A stretch of 64,000 nt of DNA from Vicinamibacteria bacterium (GCA_963837165.1 CAWIMD010000002.1:33644-97643); one strand, 5' to 3'; shown: positions 49,990 to 61,145, counted from the first letter of the stretch. Program-made: numbers and translations. The notes: a model not told the origin generated them from the letters alone.

Positions 49990-52209
49990 CTATGGTCTGT
50001 CCACCGGACTGGGTTCGGTCGCCAGATCATCCGACGGCCTTTCGTCCAGCAGATATTGGGTGATCCGCTGCTCCATCTGGCGTGGGAAGGGCGGCGGCGG
50101 CCCGACGATCCCGTCGCCGTACAGCCGCAGCATCAGGTCGCGGAACACCGGCAGGGCCACACGGCTGCCCGTCTCCCTCGAACCGAGCGACCGGTTGTCG
50201 TCGAACCCGATGCGCACGGCCACCGTGACACCGTCGGCGCCGTAGGTCGAGCCGACGAAGAGCGCGTCCCTGAAATCGTTGGTCGTCCCCGTCTTCCCCA
50301 TGACGGCAATCGGGAATGCGCGGGAGTTCAGGGCGTGCGCAGTGCCCGCCGGGATGCGGACGACCCCTCGCAGCCCCTCCTGAATCAGCGCGAGCGAACC
50401 GTCGCCACGGTCGATCGGCGCGCGCTGGCGGTCCTCGGGAGTCAGCGGGTCTGCCGACCGGAGGACGACCGCGCGAATCACGTACGGCGCGATGACCACG
50501 CCGGACGCGAGGGCGCGATAGGCGCCGGCCAGCTCCAGGAGCGTGACCTCGGACGCTCCCAGCGCCGTTGTGGGGTACGGCCGCAGCGGCGTCGTCATGC
50601 CGAGACTGCGCGCGGTTCTGATGACGCGGTCGATGCCGACCTGCCCGGCAATCCAGATCGCCACGGCGTTCCTGGACTCGGCGAGCGCCTCCCGCACGGG
50701 AATCGGTCCCAGGAACAGGCCATCGTAGTTCGAGATCCACTTCTGGACATCCGCATGCCCGTCCGGCACGCTGATCGGCATGTCGGGGACGAGCGTCTGC
50801 AGCGTGAAGGGTCCGTAGCGGAATGCCGCCAGGTACACGATCGGCTTCATCGCGGAGCCCGGCTGCCGCAGCGCGTCAGTGGCCCGGTTGAAATCACCGT
50901 ACGACGCGGCGCGGCCCTGGTAGACGGCGCGGCCGCCAACTTCGGCGAGGACGCTTCCATCGCCGTTCTTGAGGACGACGACGGCGCCCTGCGTGAGCCC
51001 GCGACGCTCTGGATGCCGCAGCTCGTAGCGTTGCAGCCCCCGCTGCAGGGCGTCGTTCGCGAGGCGCTGAACACGAGCATCCACGGTCGAATCCACACTG
51101 AGGCGACCCTGCAGGAGATCTTCGAGGCCGAGGTCGGGGTGTTCGGCCCTGAGCTCGGCGATGACGTGGGCGACGATGGCCGACGACTCCGAGCGGGCGG
51201 CGGGGAGGACACCACGGGCCGGCAGGGGCTGCCGGCTGGCGGTCGTCATCTGGTCGCGGGAGATGAACCCGTCGGCGGCCATGAGGGCCAGCGTCTGGTT
51301 GCGCCGGCGCAGGATGGCGGCGGCGTCGGCAGCGGAGGGCGCGTAGTCCCGGGGCGATTTCGCAATGCCTGCCAGCAGTGCTGCCTGGCCCGCGTCCGCC
51401 GCGGTGAGGGTGGTGAGCGGCCGGCCGAGGTAGTACTCGGACGCCTGCGCAAAGCCGTATTGCCCCTTGCCCATGTAGACGAAGCTCGCATAGCGCGCCA
51501 GAATCTCCTCCTTCGCCCGGCGCTTCGATCCGAACCGCTCCTGCATCTGCTGTTCGACCCAGAGCGACAGACGGAGCTCCTCGCGCTTGCGCAGCACCAT
51601 GTTCACATTCCGCGCGCCGATCGCGGCCGACAGGAAGCGGGGGAGGACGCCGGTGTGCCGGAGCTGATAGCTGTTCTCCTGCGACGTCTGGCGCTGGAGG
51701 AAGACGCCCCGCACGAGCTGCTGGGTGATGGTGGATCCTCCCTGCGGGAAGATGGCCCGGCCGCTCGAGTTGTCGTGCCGGCCTCCGGTGGCGAGGCGTG
51801 CGGCCCAGACGCCGAGTCTCACCTTGCCGAGCACGCGCGACAGGCTGATCAGGTCGACGCCGTCGTGGGAAAAGAAGCGCTTGTCCTCGGTCGCGAGAAT
51901 CGCATCCCGGACGATCGGCGGGAGGTCGGCGTATGGCGTGATCTGGCGTGATTCCCTGGCGAAGTCACCGAGAGACTGGCCGTTCCGATCGTTGATGTGT
52001 CCGATGGTGGGGAAGTCGAACCGCACGAACGCATCGAGGTCGGGGAGGCGTTCACGGTTGAATCGCACGTGGTACGCCTGGCCGAGCACGAAGATGCCCG
52101 CGGCGACCGGCGCCGTCGTCACAAGGGCCGCTGCCGTCGCCACCAGCACCATGCCGCGCGTCCAGTGCGAGCGCCGCGGATTGCGCGGGCGACGAGGCGG
52201 AACAGGCAC
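49990..52209 (-). CDS. Class A penicillin-binding protein (glycosyltransferase GT51 + transpeptidase), PBP1A family
   Basis: GT51 motifs are EDKRFFSHDGVD and GGSTITQQL. Transpeptidase motifs are SAMKP (SxxK), SRN and KTGTT. Confidence 0.9.
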   Translation of the reverse strand: MPVPPRRPRNPRRSHWTRGMVLVATAAALVTTAPVAAGIFVLGQAYHVRFNRERLPDLDAFVRFDFPTIGHINDRNGQSLGDFARESRQITPYADLPPIVRDAILATEDKRFFSHDGVDLISLSRVLGKVRLGVWAARLATGGRHDNSSGRAIFPQGGSTITQQLVRGVFLQRQTSQENSYQLRHTGVLPRFLSAAIGARNVNMVLRKREELRLSLWVEQQMQERFGSKRRAKEEILARYASFVYMGKGQYGFAQASEYYLGRPLTTLTAADAGQAALLAGIAKSPRDYAPSAADAAAILRRRNQTLALMAADGFISRDQMTTASRQPLPARGVLPAARSESSAIVAHVIAELRAEHPDLGLEDLLQGRLSVDSTVDARVQRLANDALQRGLQRYELRHPERRGLTQGAVVVLKNGDGSVLAEVGGRAVYQGRAASYGDFNRATDALRQPGSAMKPIVYLAAFRYGPFTLQTLVPDMPISVPDGHADVQKWISNYDGLFLGPIPVREALAESRNAVAIWIAGQVGIDRVIRTARSLGMTTPLRPYPTTALGASEVTLLELAGAYRALASGVVIAPYVIRAVVLRSADPLTPEDRQRAPIDRGDGSLALIQEGLRGVVRIPAGTAHALNSRAFPIAVMGKTGTTNDFRDALFVGSTYGADGVTVAVRIGFDDNRSLGSRETGSRVALPVFRDLMLRLYGDGIVGPPPPFPRQMEQRITQYLLDERPSDDLATEPSPVDRP

Positions 52210-52236
52210 GTCAGCCCTCGTGTCGAGCCCGATGCA

Positions 52237-52389
52237 CTACATGCGGCCGGACAGGGCCAGAATCAGGAGCACCACCAGCACCAGCCCCACGCCGCCGGTC
52301 GGCCCGTAACCCCAGCTGCGGCTGTGCGGCCACGCCGGCATCACCCCGAGCATCATCAATATCGCGAGAACGATCAGGATCGTGATCAT
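52237..52389 (-). CDS. DUF3309-family small membrane protein (50 aa)
   Basis: My own translation is MITILIVLAILMMLGVMPAWPHSRSWGYGPTGGVGLVLVVLLILALSGRM. The RBS AGGAGAAGG precedes the ATG. It is below the ORF-track size cutoff. Confidence 0.7.
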   Translation of the reverse strand: MITILIVLAILMMLGVMPAWPHSRSWGYGPTGGVGLVLVVLLILALSGRM

Positions 52390-52768
52390 CGCCTTCTCCT
52401 GGTTCCGAAGCCTGACGGACCGAGCACCCGAATCAGCGTAGCGATCGCCGGTCGATCCGTCTGTGCACTACTGCACGCCAGGGGGCCGCCCGGAAGGCGC
52501 CACCTCCGTGTGGCCCGTGATGAAGATCGCCGGCGTCGCCCGCCTGTTGGGATCGCCCCCCCATCGCAGCGCGTGGGCACGACGAGGCATCTCCGGTGGA
52601 TCGGGGCGCTCGAGCAGGGTGGTGAAGGCCTCGAACGCACCTTCCTCTGCTGACACTCTACGCACGGCACGGAGAGGGATCTGTGCCGAACCGCACACTT
52701 CTGTTTCGCGGCGGCGGGTAAGCTCGGAGCGGGCGGCCGATCGGTCGGCACGCGGCAGGGATGAGGAA

Positions 52769-53890
52769 GTGACTACGCGAGCCTCCACGGGAGCCGAGCA
52801 GGATCGGGCCGTTCCATCGACCACCAGAGTCGCTCTGAGGATCCTGCTGGTCGTCGGTGCGGTCGCCGCCGGCGCCTGGCTGCTCTACCGGCTGCAGGTC
52901 GTCGTGTACCTGCTGATCCTGAGCGTGTTCTTCGCCTACCTGGTGGCGCCACTCGTCGAATTCGCCGGGCGGCCGATTCGTGTCGGCAAGACCGCACGCC
53001 GGATGCCCAGGAGCCTCGCGATAGCCGCCGTGTATGTCACGCTCCTGGCCGCGACCGCCGCGGGCGCGGCGATTCTGCTGCCGGGCGTCACGCGGCAGAT
53101 CGGCGAGGCGAGCGCTCAGCTACCCGCCTACGGGGCCTCCCTCCGTGTGTGGGAGCAGCACTGGGCGCGGTACTACGAACACACCAGGCTGCCGGTGGAA
53201 GTCCGCGAGAGCATCGACCGAGCCGTGCGGGACGCCGGCGCTGCCGGCATCGAGTACGCCCGTCAGTCGATGGTGGAACTGGCCGGAAGCCTGGCGTACC
53301 TGCCCTGGCTCGTGTTGGTGCCGAGCCTCGCGTTCTTCCTGCTGAGGGACGTGGAAGCGCTGCGGCGGATAACCCTCCAGGCACTGCCGCACCACCTCCA
53401 GCTCCGCGGGTATCGACTCTTCGAGGAACTCGACGCGACGTTTGCGACCTACATCCGCATGCAGTTCCTGGCGTGCGCCCTCGTTGGCGGGGTCTGCTGG
53501 ATGGGATTGCGGGCGCTCGGCATGCCGTACCCGGCGCTGCTCGGCGCGCTGGCGGCCGTGATGGAGTTCGTCCCGCTGCTCGGCCCGCTCCTGTTCGCCG
53601 CGGCGTGCGCGGTCGTGGCGGTGCTGCAGGCGCCGATGCTCGCCGTCTGGGTCTGCGTGTTCCTTGCGGCCGTCCGGCTGGTCGAGGACTACGTGGTGTA
53701 CCCGCGCCTCGTGGGCCGGGGGCTCCACCTGCATCCGGTGGCCGTGATCGTCGGCGTGCTGGCCGGACTGGAGCTGGGCGGCATCGGAGGGATCTTCGTG
53801 GCCGTTCCCGTGATCGCGCTCGTCTCGGTCGGTGTACGTCACTGGATCCAGTGGCGCGAGACCGACGCCGCTGACCCCGATCAGTCGTGA
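52769..53890 (+). CDS. AI-2E family transporter (PerM/UPF0118)
   Basis: An 8-TM protein with VPLLGP and VVYPRLVG family motifs. A GTG start is inferred. The upstream part of track ORF 52463.. looks non-coding. Confidence 0.75.
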   Translation: MTTRASTGAEQDRAVPSTTRVALRILLVVGAVAAGAWLLYRLQVVVYLLILSVFFAYLVAPLVEFAGRPIRVGKTARRMPRSLAIAAVYVTLLAATAAGAAILLPGVTRQIGEASAQLPAYGASLRVWEQHWARYYEHTRLPVEVRESIDRAVRDAGAAGIEYARQSMVELAGSLAYLPWLVLVPSLAFFLLRDVEALRRITLQALPHHLQLRGYRLFEELDATFATYIRMQFLACALVGGVCWMGLRALGMPYPALLGALAAVMEFVPLLGPLLFAAACAVVAVLQAPMLAVWVCVFLAAVRLVEDYVVYPRLVGRGLHLHPVAVIVGVLAGLELGGIGGIFVAVPVIALVSVGVRHWIQWRETDAADPDQS

Positions 53891-54537
53891 ATGACGACGG
53901 TCAGCAGGGAAGGATTGACGGTGAGGTTGCCCGGGCCGTAGTCCACGAAGCCCAGGTCCCGGAACTTGTTCAGGAAGAAGTTCACGCGGGACCGTGTGGT
54001 CCCGACCATCTCCGCGAGGGTTTCCTGCGAGATCGCCGGCAGCACCCGCTGGGCCTTGTCCCCCTCGCTGTACCGCGACAGGAGGAGCAGCGTGCGGGCC
54101 AGCCGCTTCTCGCTCGAGTTGAACAGCTGATCGACCAGGTCTGCCTCCAGGCGGGCGTTGCGGCTCAGCATGTGCGCGATGAACTGGTCCGAGAACTCAT
54201 GCCGGGCGTGGAGCAGGCGGATCATCTGCGACTTCGGCACGGTCGCGACCGCGCTGGCCGTCGTCGCCGTGGCGGTCTCGAGGCGGACCGGATGGCCGGC
54301 GAGCGCGCCTTCACCGAAGAAGTCCCCCGGCCCGAGGGTGGCCAGCATCGCCTGCTTGCCTCCCCGTGACAGCACCGACAGCTGGATCGTGCCGTCCCGC
54401 ACGTACATGACACTGTCGGCCGGGTCGCCCTGGGAAAAGACGACGGCCCGGCGGTCGTACGTGTTGACCTGCTTTCCGAGGCCCTGGGAGTCGACAAAGG
54501 CCTTCACGTCGAACGGGGGCTTCTTTCGGGGCGCCAT
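53881..54537 (-). CDS. Crp/Fnr-family transcriptional regulator (paralogue 1)
   Basis: The cNMP-binding fold reads GDFFGEGAL and the C-terminal HTH reads SQETLAEMVGTTRSRVNFFLNKF. Confidence 0.85.
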   Translation of the reverse strand: MAPRKKPPFDVKAFVDSQGLGKQVNTYDRRAVVFSQGDPADSVMYVRDGTIQLSVLSRGGKQAMLATLGPGDFFGEGALAGHPVRLETATATTASAVATVPKSQMIRLLHARHEFSDQFIAHMLSRNARLEADLVDQLFNSSEKRLARTLLLLSRYSEGDKAQRVLPAISQETLAEMVGTTRSRVNFFLNKFRDLGFVDYGPGNLTVNPSLLTVVIHD

Positions 54538-54609
54538 GGGGAGATATGGCGCTCATCGTACCTCATGCGGGTCGCGTACGCCACCGGACCGGCGCCGTCG
54601 CTCAGCGCC

Positions 54610-54960
54610 TCATCGGGGCGGGCTGCTGGACTTGAGTGCCGTCGCCCCGCGTGACACCGCATCGGCGCCGTGCGCAACCGCGTCGGCCATGTCATCGCGG
54701 ACGCGCTGTCCCCTGTGGGTCAGGTCGTCCAGCGCATCGCCCGCCAGGCGTGTCGCTGCCTGGTAACGCCCCGAGGCCTTGGCGCCGAGAGCGCTGGCCG
54801 AGTCGGCGGCCCGCTGGCGGATCTCGGCGCGCATTCGCGGGGCGAGCCACACCGCCACACCGGCCCCGACGACGGTGCCGGTGACCAATCCCAGGAGGAA
54901 GCCGGGCACGCCAACGCGGCTCGTGGTCATCGTCTCGTTGTCTTGCTGCAGGTCATTCAT
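54610..54960 (-). CDS. YtxH-domain protein
   Basis: The N-terminal helix GFLLGLVTGTVVGAGVAVWLAP is followed by charged helices, which is the usual YtxH pattern. Confidence 0.6.
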   Translation of the reverse strand: MNDLQQDNETMTTSRVGVPGFLLGLVTGTVVGAGVAVWLAPRMRAEIRQRAADSASALGAKASGRYQAATRLAGDALDDLTHRGQRVRDDMADAVAHGADAVSRGATALKSSSPPR

Positions 54961-54990
54961 CTGGCCATCTCCTTTTTTCTTACTTGCGCC

Positions 54991-55659
54991 TCAGTCGTGC
55001 AGCACGACGCTCAGCAGGGAGCGGTTGATCTGAATCCCGGCGTCGAGGTCGGTGCTGTACTCGATGAACCCGAGCTTCTTGAACTTGTTCATGAAGAAGT
55101 TCACCCGCGAGCGGGTCGTCCCGACCATTTCCGACAGGCTCTGCTGGGACACGGTCGTCACGACGCGCCGCGGCTTGTCCTGCTTCCCGTAGCGCGCCAG
55201 GAGCAGCAGGGTCCGCGCGAGCCGCTTCTCGCTGGAGTTGAACAGCTGGTCCACCAGGTCCTGCTCGATGCGGAGGTTCCGGGACAGCATGTGCGCGATG
55301 AACCGGTCGGACAGCGCGTGCTGGTCGTGCAGCACCTTGACCATCTGCTTCTTCGGGATCACGAGCAAGGTGCTCGGGGTAATGGATGTGGCGGTGCCGA
55401 GGCGGACCGTGCAATTGGTCAGGCACCCTTCGCCGAAGAAGTCGCCGGGGCCCAGCACTCCGACGATCGCTTCCTTGCCGGACTTCGACAGCACCGACAG
55501 CTTCACTCCGCCGTTCTGGATGTACATGACGCTGTCGCAGGCGTCTCCCTGGGAGAAGACCACCTCGGAACGCGCGTAGTTCACGATCTTCTTCTTGAGA
55601 CCGGGCGAATCGAGAAATGCCGCGACATTGAACGGCGGCACCTCCTTCGGCTTTTCCAT
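54991..55659 (-). CDS. Crp/Fnr-family transcriptional regulator (paralogue 2)
   Basis: It is collinear with 53881..54537, sharing blocks such as DLVDQLFNSSEKRLARTLLLL and EMVGTTRSRVNFF. Confidence 0.85.
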   Translation of the reverse strand: MEKPKEVPPFNVAAFLDSPGLKKKIVNYARSEVVFSQGDACDSVMYIQNGGVKLSVLSKSGKEAIVGVLGPGDFFGEGCLTNCTVRLGTATSITPSTLLVIPKKQMVKVLHDQHALSDRFIAHMLSRNLRIEQDLVDQLFNSSEKRLARTLLLLARYGKQDKPRRVVTTVSQQSLSEMVGTTRSRVNFFMNKFKKLGFIEYSTDLDAGIQINRSLLSVVLHD

Positions 55660-55753
55660 GCGATCAGGATACCGACGTCAGGCACGCAAGGGGTGTTCAC
55701 AACCGCACAGACACCGCCGGGAGGGGCGCCATAGTATTTCCGCAGAGGTTGCC

Positions 55754-55909
55754 ATGCTCTCCACAATCGTTGTCCTCCTCCTCGCTCTGTGGCTTCTGGG
55801 TCTCGTCACCTCCTACACGATGGGCGGGTTCATCCATCTGCTGCTCGTGGTGGCGCTCATCGTCGTGGTGATCCGGGTCATTCAGGGCCGCAACCCGCTC
55901 GCCGGGTAG
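55754..55909 (+). CDS. lmo0937-family small membrane protein (51 aa)
   Basis: MLSTIVVLLLALWLLGLVTSYTMGGFIHLLLVVALIVVVIRVIQGR is the family hallmark. It starts at an internal ATG of track ORF 55595..55909. Confidence 0.7.
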   Translation: MLSTIVVLLLALWLLGLVTSYTMGGFIHLLLVVALIVVVIRVIQGRNPLAG

Positions 55910-56164
55910 TGCCGCCGCGGGACGAGCCCTGTCGCACTGGGAGGCAGCTACGGACGCGGCGCCATGGTCTGCCGGTCTGCTTCATCGGGGCGCCTGCTGT
56001 CGTGGAGACCTGCGCGGTCAAGTTGTCGTGCGCCGAACGGCGTGTGCAGTCCTGCACAGCCACGCCCGGCTGCATCCCGTACTATTCGAACCCGGACGCA
56101 CTGAATCACCGCTGTCCGTAACCATCGCGGTGAGCTCGATGCAAGAGTTCAAACAGGAGCAGAC

Positions 56165-56635
56165 ATGAAATCAGGCACTCGAACCGTCGGACTGACGCTG
56201 GCGCTGTGCGTTATCGGAGTAGCCGCTGGCTTCGCCGCGGAGTCGAACATGGGCACGTGGAAGCTGAACGAGGCCAAGTCGACGCTCGCGGCGGGCGCGC
56301 CGAAGAACAACACGGTGACGTACGAGGCTGCGGGCGACAGCGTGAAGGTCACCATCGACGGCACCGACGCCCAGGGCGGGGCGGTCCACAATGAGTGGAC
56401 CGGCAAGTTCGACGGCAAAGACTACGCAGTCACCGGCGACCCGACCTCGGACATGCGGTCGTACAAGCGGATCAACGCGCACACCCTGGCGTTCAGCGTC
56501 CTGAACGGCGGCCAGGTGACCGTCACCGGTCGCGTGGCGATTGCGGCGGACGGGAAGTCTCGCACTGTGACCTCGACCACAACCGATGCGACGGGCACGA
56601 AGCTCACCAGCACGGCCGTGTTCGACAGGCAGTAG
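56165..56635 (+). CDS. Hypothetical exported beta-rich protein
   Basis: A signal peptide (LTLALCVIGVAAGFAAES) leads into a lipocalin-like alternation (GTWKLNEAKS...). The RBS is CAGGAG. Confidence 0.6.
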   Translation: MKSGTRTVGLTLALCVIGVAAGFAAESNMGTWKLNEAKSTLAAGAPKNNTVTYEAAGDSVKVTIDGTDAQGGAVHNEWTGKFDGKDYAVTGDPTSDMRSYKRINAHTLAFSVLNGGQVTVTGRVAIAADGKSRTVTSTTTDATGTKLTSTAVFDRQ

Positions 56636-57052
56636 CTCGACGTGATGCCCCTCCGCTCGGCGTCGAACGGGGGGGCGTTGCTGGACGCGGCGCAGTGATA
56701 GTAGTGCATGCGGAGAGCCTCGGGCGCCTGCAGATGCGACACGTGATCATCCGAGTGACAGTGCGCACAGCCCGCCCCGCGGGAGCGGGAACGTGCCGGT
56801 GGCGGAGATTCCGCTTCCAGTGAGCTGTCAGGCATCGACACCGAGGATTGAACCGGGTACCTGTCGCAATCGTCCTCACGGGACACGCGGCGTCGATCCG
56901 GCTTCGGACGGACGGTGACGATGTCGTCTTCCACCGGCCTTGCGCGTGACGGACTCAACCGGAAGGCGCCACCCCACTCCGCTTGACCTCACCGCCGAGC
57001 GACGACTACCATCGCAATTCGCCGACCGTCCCTCATCCCTTCCGGATCACCC

Positions 57053-58216
<1,164 letters not shown>

Positions 58217-58218
58217 CG

Positions 58219-59088
58219 ATGGCCATCCTTCTCGATCAGTCCACGCGCCTGCTCGTCCAGGGCCTGACCGGCCGCGAGGGCACGTTCCACGCCAAGCAGG
58301 CGGCCGCGTACGGCACCACCGTGGTCGGCGGCGTCACGCCGGGCAAGGGCGGCTCGACCCACGAAGGCTGGCCGGTGTTCAACACGTGCCACGAGGCGGT
58401 GAAGTCCACCGGCGCGAACGCGTCGGTCATCTTCGTCCCGCCTGCCTTCGCGTCCGACGCCATCATGGAGGCGGCCGACGCCGGCATCCCGCTCGTCGTC
58501 TGCATCACCGAGGGTATCCCGACGCTCGACATGATGCGGACGCTGACGTTCATGATGGACAAGCCGACCCGGCTCATCGGCCCGAACTGCCCGGGCGTCA
58601 TCTCGCCGGGCATGAGCAAGGCCGGGATCATCCCCGGCCACATCTGCCGGGAGGGCCGCGTGGGCATCGTCTCCAAGAGCGGCACGTTGACCTACGAGGC
58701 CATCCACCAGCTCACCGGCCTCGGCCTGGGGCAGTCCACCTGCGTCGGCATCGGCGGGGACCCGCTCATCGGCACCTCGTTCATCGACGTGCTCCAGCTC
58801 TTCGACCAGGACGCCGACACCGACGCGGTCATCATGATCGGGGAGATTGGCGGGAGTGCCGAGCAGGAGGCCGCCGCCTGGATCACGTCGCACTTCAAGA
58901 AGCCGGTCGTCGGGTTCATCGCCGGCCAGACCGCTCCTCCGGGCCGCCGGATGGGTCATGCCGGGGCGATCATCGCCGGGGGGCAGGGCACGGCCGCCGA
59001 GAAGATGGACGCGCTGGCCGCGGCCGGGGTGGCAGTCGTCCGGAGTCCGGCGGAGATGGGCGCCGCCCTCAAGAAGCGCCTCAAGTAG
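58219..59088 (+). CDS. sucD: Succinyl-CoA synthetase alpha subunit
   Basis: [21 protein letters not shown] and GHAGAII (the phospho-His loop) are present. Confidence 0.95.
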   Translation: MAILLDQSTRLLVQGLTGREGTFHAKQAAAYGTTVVGGVTPGKGGSTHEGWPVFNTCHEAVKSTGANASVIFVPPAFASDAIMEAADAGIPLVVCITEGIPTLDMMRTLTFMMDKPTRLIGPNCPGVISPGMSKAGIIPGHICREGRVGIVSKSGTLTYEAIHQLTGLGLGQSTCVGIGGDPLIGTSFIDVLQLFDQDADTDAVIMIGEIGGSAEQEAAAWITSHFKKPVVGFIAGQTAPPGRRMGHAGAIIAGGQGTAAEKMDALAAAGVAVVRSPAEMGAALKKRLK

Positions 59089-59143
59089 CGCAAGGCCTTC
59101 AGGCCTGCCAGGCGCTCATGTAGCGCAGGCCTTCAGGCCTGCC
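59085..59143 (-). repeat. Two tandem REP-like units (GTAGCGCARGGCCTTCAGGCCTGCC), inverted relative to 11843-11871
   Basis: The first unit overlaps the sucD stop codon. The second is a perfect 7-bp stem hairpin (GCAGGCC TTCA GGCCTGC). It may act as a terminator. Confidence 0.8.
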
Positions 59144-59245
59144 GGCGGGCGCTAGGCTCGAACCCCCCGCTTCCCGTATACTCAAGAGGTTAGGCGTGGC
59201 GCTGGTGTCGCTCGTGATCCCCCGGCGCACGCCGTGGGATTCTTC

Positions 59246-61138
59246 ATGGCCACGACAAATCCAGCCGTCCAGTCCTCCTCCCGGTCCGAAAGCCCCGTCG
59301 TCAACGATTTCAGCATCCAGGTCGCGACCGTCAACGGCTCGGGGAGTCAGACGGCCAACCTCGTCCTCATCCGCTCGCTCTTCCAGATGGGGATTCCGGT
59401 GTCGGGGAAGAACCTGTTCCCGTCGAACATCGCCGGCCTGCCGACGTGGTACACCATCCGCGCGAACCGCCACGGCTACATCGCCAGGAAGAAGGAAATC
59501 GACTTTCTCGTCGCGATGAATGCCGAGACGGCCCGCGAGGACGTCCTGACGCTCGAGTCCGGCGCCTCGGTGGTCTACGACGAGCCGCTCAAGCTGGCCG
59601 AGTTGCGCAGCGACCTCACGTTCTATCCGGTGCCGTTCGACAAGCTCGTCGCGGCCGCCTGCCCCGACGCCAAGCTGCGCCGGCTCGTGAAGAACATGAT
59701 CTACGACGGCGTGCTGTCGTACCTGCTCGACATCGATCCCGAAGAGATGCAGCGGGCGCTCAACCGGCAGCTCGGCCGCAAGCAGAAGGCGCTGGCCCTG
59801 AACATGGCGGCGCTCCAGGCCGGCTTCGACTACGCGAAGACGACCTTCGGCGCGCGCGCCGCGGTCCGGGTGGAGCGCATGCACGCCACCGAGGGCAAGA
59901 TCCTGATCGAGGGCAACGCCGCGGCGGCCATCGGGTGTCTCATGGCCGGGGTGACAGTGGTGGCCTGGTATCCGATCACGCCGTCCTCGTCGCTCTGCGA
60001 ATCGCTGATCGAGCTGCTCCGGAAGTACCGGATCGACAAGCAGACCGGGCAGGCGAGCTTCGCGGTGGTGCAGGCCGAGGACGAGATTGCCGCGCTCGGC
60101 ATGGTCATCGGCGCCGCCTGGGCGGGAGCCCGGGCGATGACGTCCACCTCGGGTCCCGGCATCTCGCTGATGGGCGAGTTCACGGGCCTCGGCTACTACG
60201 CCGAGATCCCGGCCGTCATCTTCGACATCCAGCGGGTCGGCCCGTCCACCGGCCTGCCGACCCGCACGGCGCAGGGAGACGTCCTCTCCACGGCCGTGCT
60301 CTCGCACGGCGACACCCGGCACCCGCTGCTGCTGCCGTGCTCGGTCGGGGAGTGCTACCAGATGGCCGGCGACGCCTTCGACCTGGCCGAGCGGCTCCAG
60401 ACCCCCGTCTTCGTGCTGTCGGACCTCGACCTCGGCATGAACATGTGGATGTCGGATCCGTTCCCGTACCCGACGGCGCCGCTGGACCGCGGCAAGGTGC
60501 TGGACAAGGCGACTCTCGAGCGGCTCGGCGAGTGGGGCCGCTACAAGGACGTGGACGACGACGGGATCCCGTGGCGGACGCTGCCGGACACGGGGATGCC
60601 GGCGTATTTCGCGCGCGGGTCCGGCCACAACGCGAAGGGCCAGTACAGCGAGCGGGCCGACGATTACCAGCAGAACATGGACCGTCTGTGGAAGAAATTC
60701 CAGTCGGCCGCCCGGCTCGTGCCGAAGCCCGAGCTGCACACCGAGGAGGGCGCGCGGATCGGCATCGTCGCCTACGGCACGTCCCACTGGGCGGTCAGCG
60801 AGTCCCGCGACCAGCTCCACGACGAGGCCGGGCTGGCGACTTCGTACCTGCGGCTGCTCGCGTATCCGTTCACGCCCGAGCTGGTGGAGTTCCTGGAGCG
60901 CCACGACCGGGTGTACGTGGTCGAGCAGAACCGCGATGCGCAGATGGCGGCGCTCATGCGCATGGACCTCGAGCCGCGGCTGACGGCGAAGATCCGGAGC
61001 GCCCTGCACTACAACGGCCTTCCCATCGACGCGCGGAGCGTCAGCGACGACATCCTCGCGCAGGAAGGCCTGGCGGTGGCCCAGGCGGCGGGCCGCAGTG
61101 CGAGCGCGCCACACGAGGCCGGGGTCGGCGGGGAGTAG
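59246..61138 (+). CDS. korA: 2-oxoglutarate/2-oxoacid:ferredoxin oxidoreductase alpha subunit
   Basis: An N-terminal gamma-like domain (VATVNGSGSQTAN) is fused to the alpha domain (YPITPSS, GPSTGLPT). An alternative GTG start lies at 59234. Confidence 0.85.
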   Translation: MATTNPAVQSSSRSESPVVNDFSIQVATVNGSGSQTANLVLIRSLFQMGIPVSGKNLFPSNIAGLPTWYTIRANRHGYIARKKEIDFLVAMNAETAREDVLTLESGASVVYDEPLKLAELRSDLTFYPVPFDKLVAAACPDAKLRRLVKNMIYDGVLSYLLDIDPEEMQRALNRQLGRKQKALALNMAALQAGFDYAKTTFGARAAVRVERMHATEGKILIEGNAAAAIGCLMAGVTVVAWYPITPSSSLCESLIELLRKYRIDKQTGQASFAVVQAEDEIAALGMVIGAAWAGARAMTSTSGPGISLMGEFTGLGYYAEIPAVIFDIQRVGPSTGLPTRTAQGDVLSTAVLSHGDTRHPLLLPCSVGECYQMAGDAFDLAERLQTPVFVLSDLDLGMNMWMSDPFPYPTAPLDRGKVLDKATLERLGEWGRYKDVDDDGIPWRTLPDTGMPAYFARGSGHNAKGQYSERADDYQQNMDRLWKKFQSAARLVPKPELHTEEGARIGIVAYGTSHWAVSESRDQLHDEAGLATSYLRLLAYPFTPELVEFLERHDRVYVVEQNRDAQMAALMRMDLEPRLTAKIRSALHYNGLPIDARSVSDDILAQEGLAVAQAAGRSASAPHEAGVGGE

Positions 61139-61145
61139 GGAGGAC

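Noticed and set aside
52390-52768. A possible gene or riboswitch in the 380-bp region upstream of the AI-2E transporter (track ORFs 52386..52751 -, 52468..52824 - and the 5' part of 52463..53890 +).
   Set aside because: None of the three translations has coding-like composition or motifs. I could not recognise any known riboswitch core. I leave it as unexplained non-coding DNA.
56640-56958. A minus-strand ORF with a Cys/His-rich stretch (GCAHCHSDDHVSHLQ...HYYHC) in the 400-bp gap upstream of sucC, possibly a small metal-binding protein.
   Set aside because: The ORF has no stop until 56422. It would therefore overlap the convergent, well-supported gene 56165..56635 by more than 200 nt. It has no RBS and only moderate third-position G+C. 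It is most likely non-coding, although the long sucC leader itself remains unexplained.
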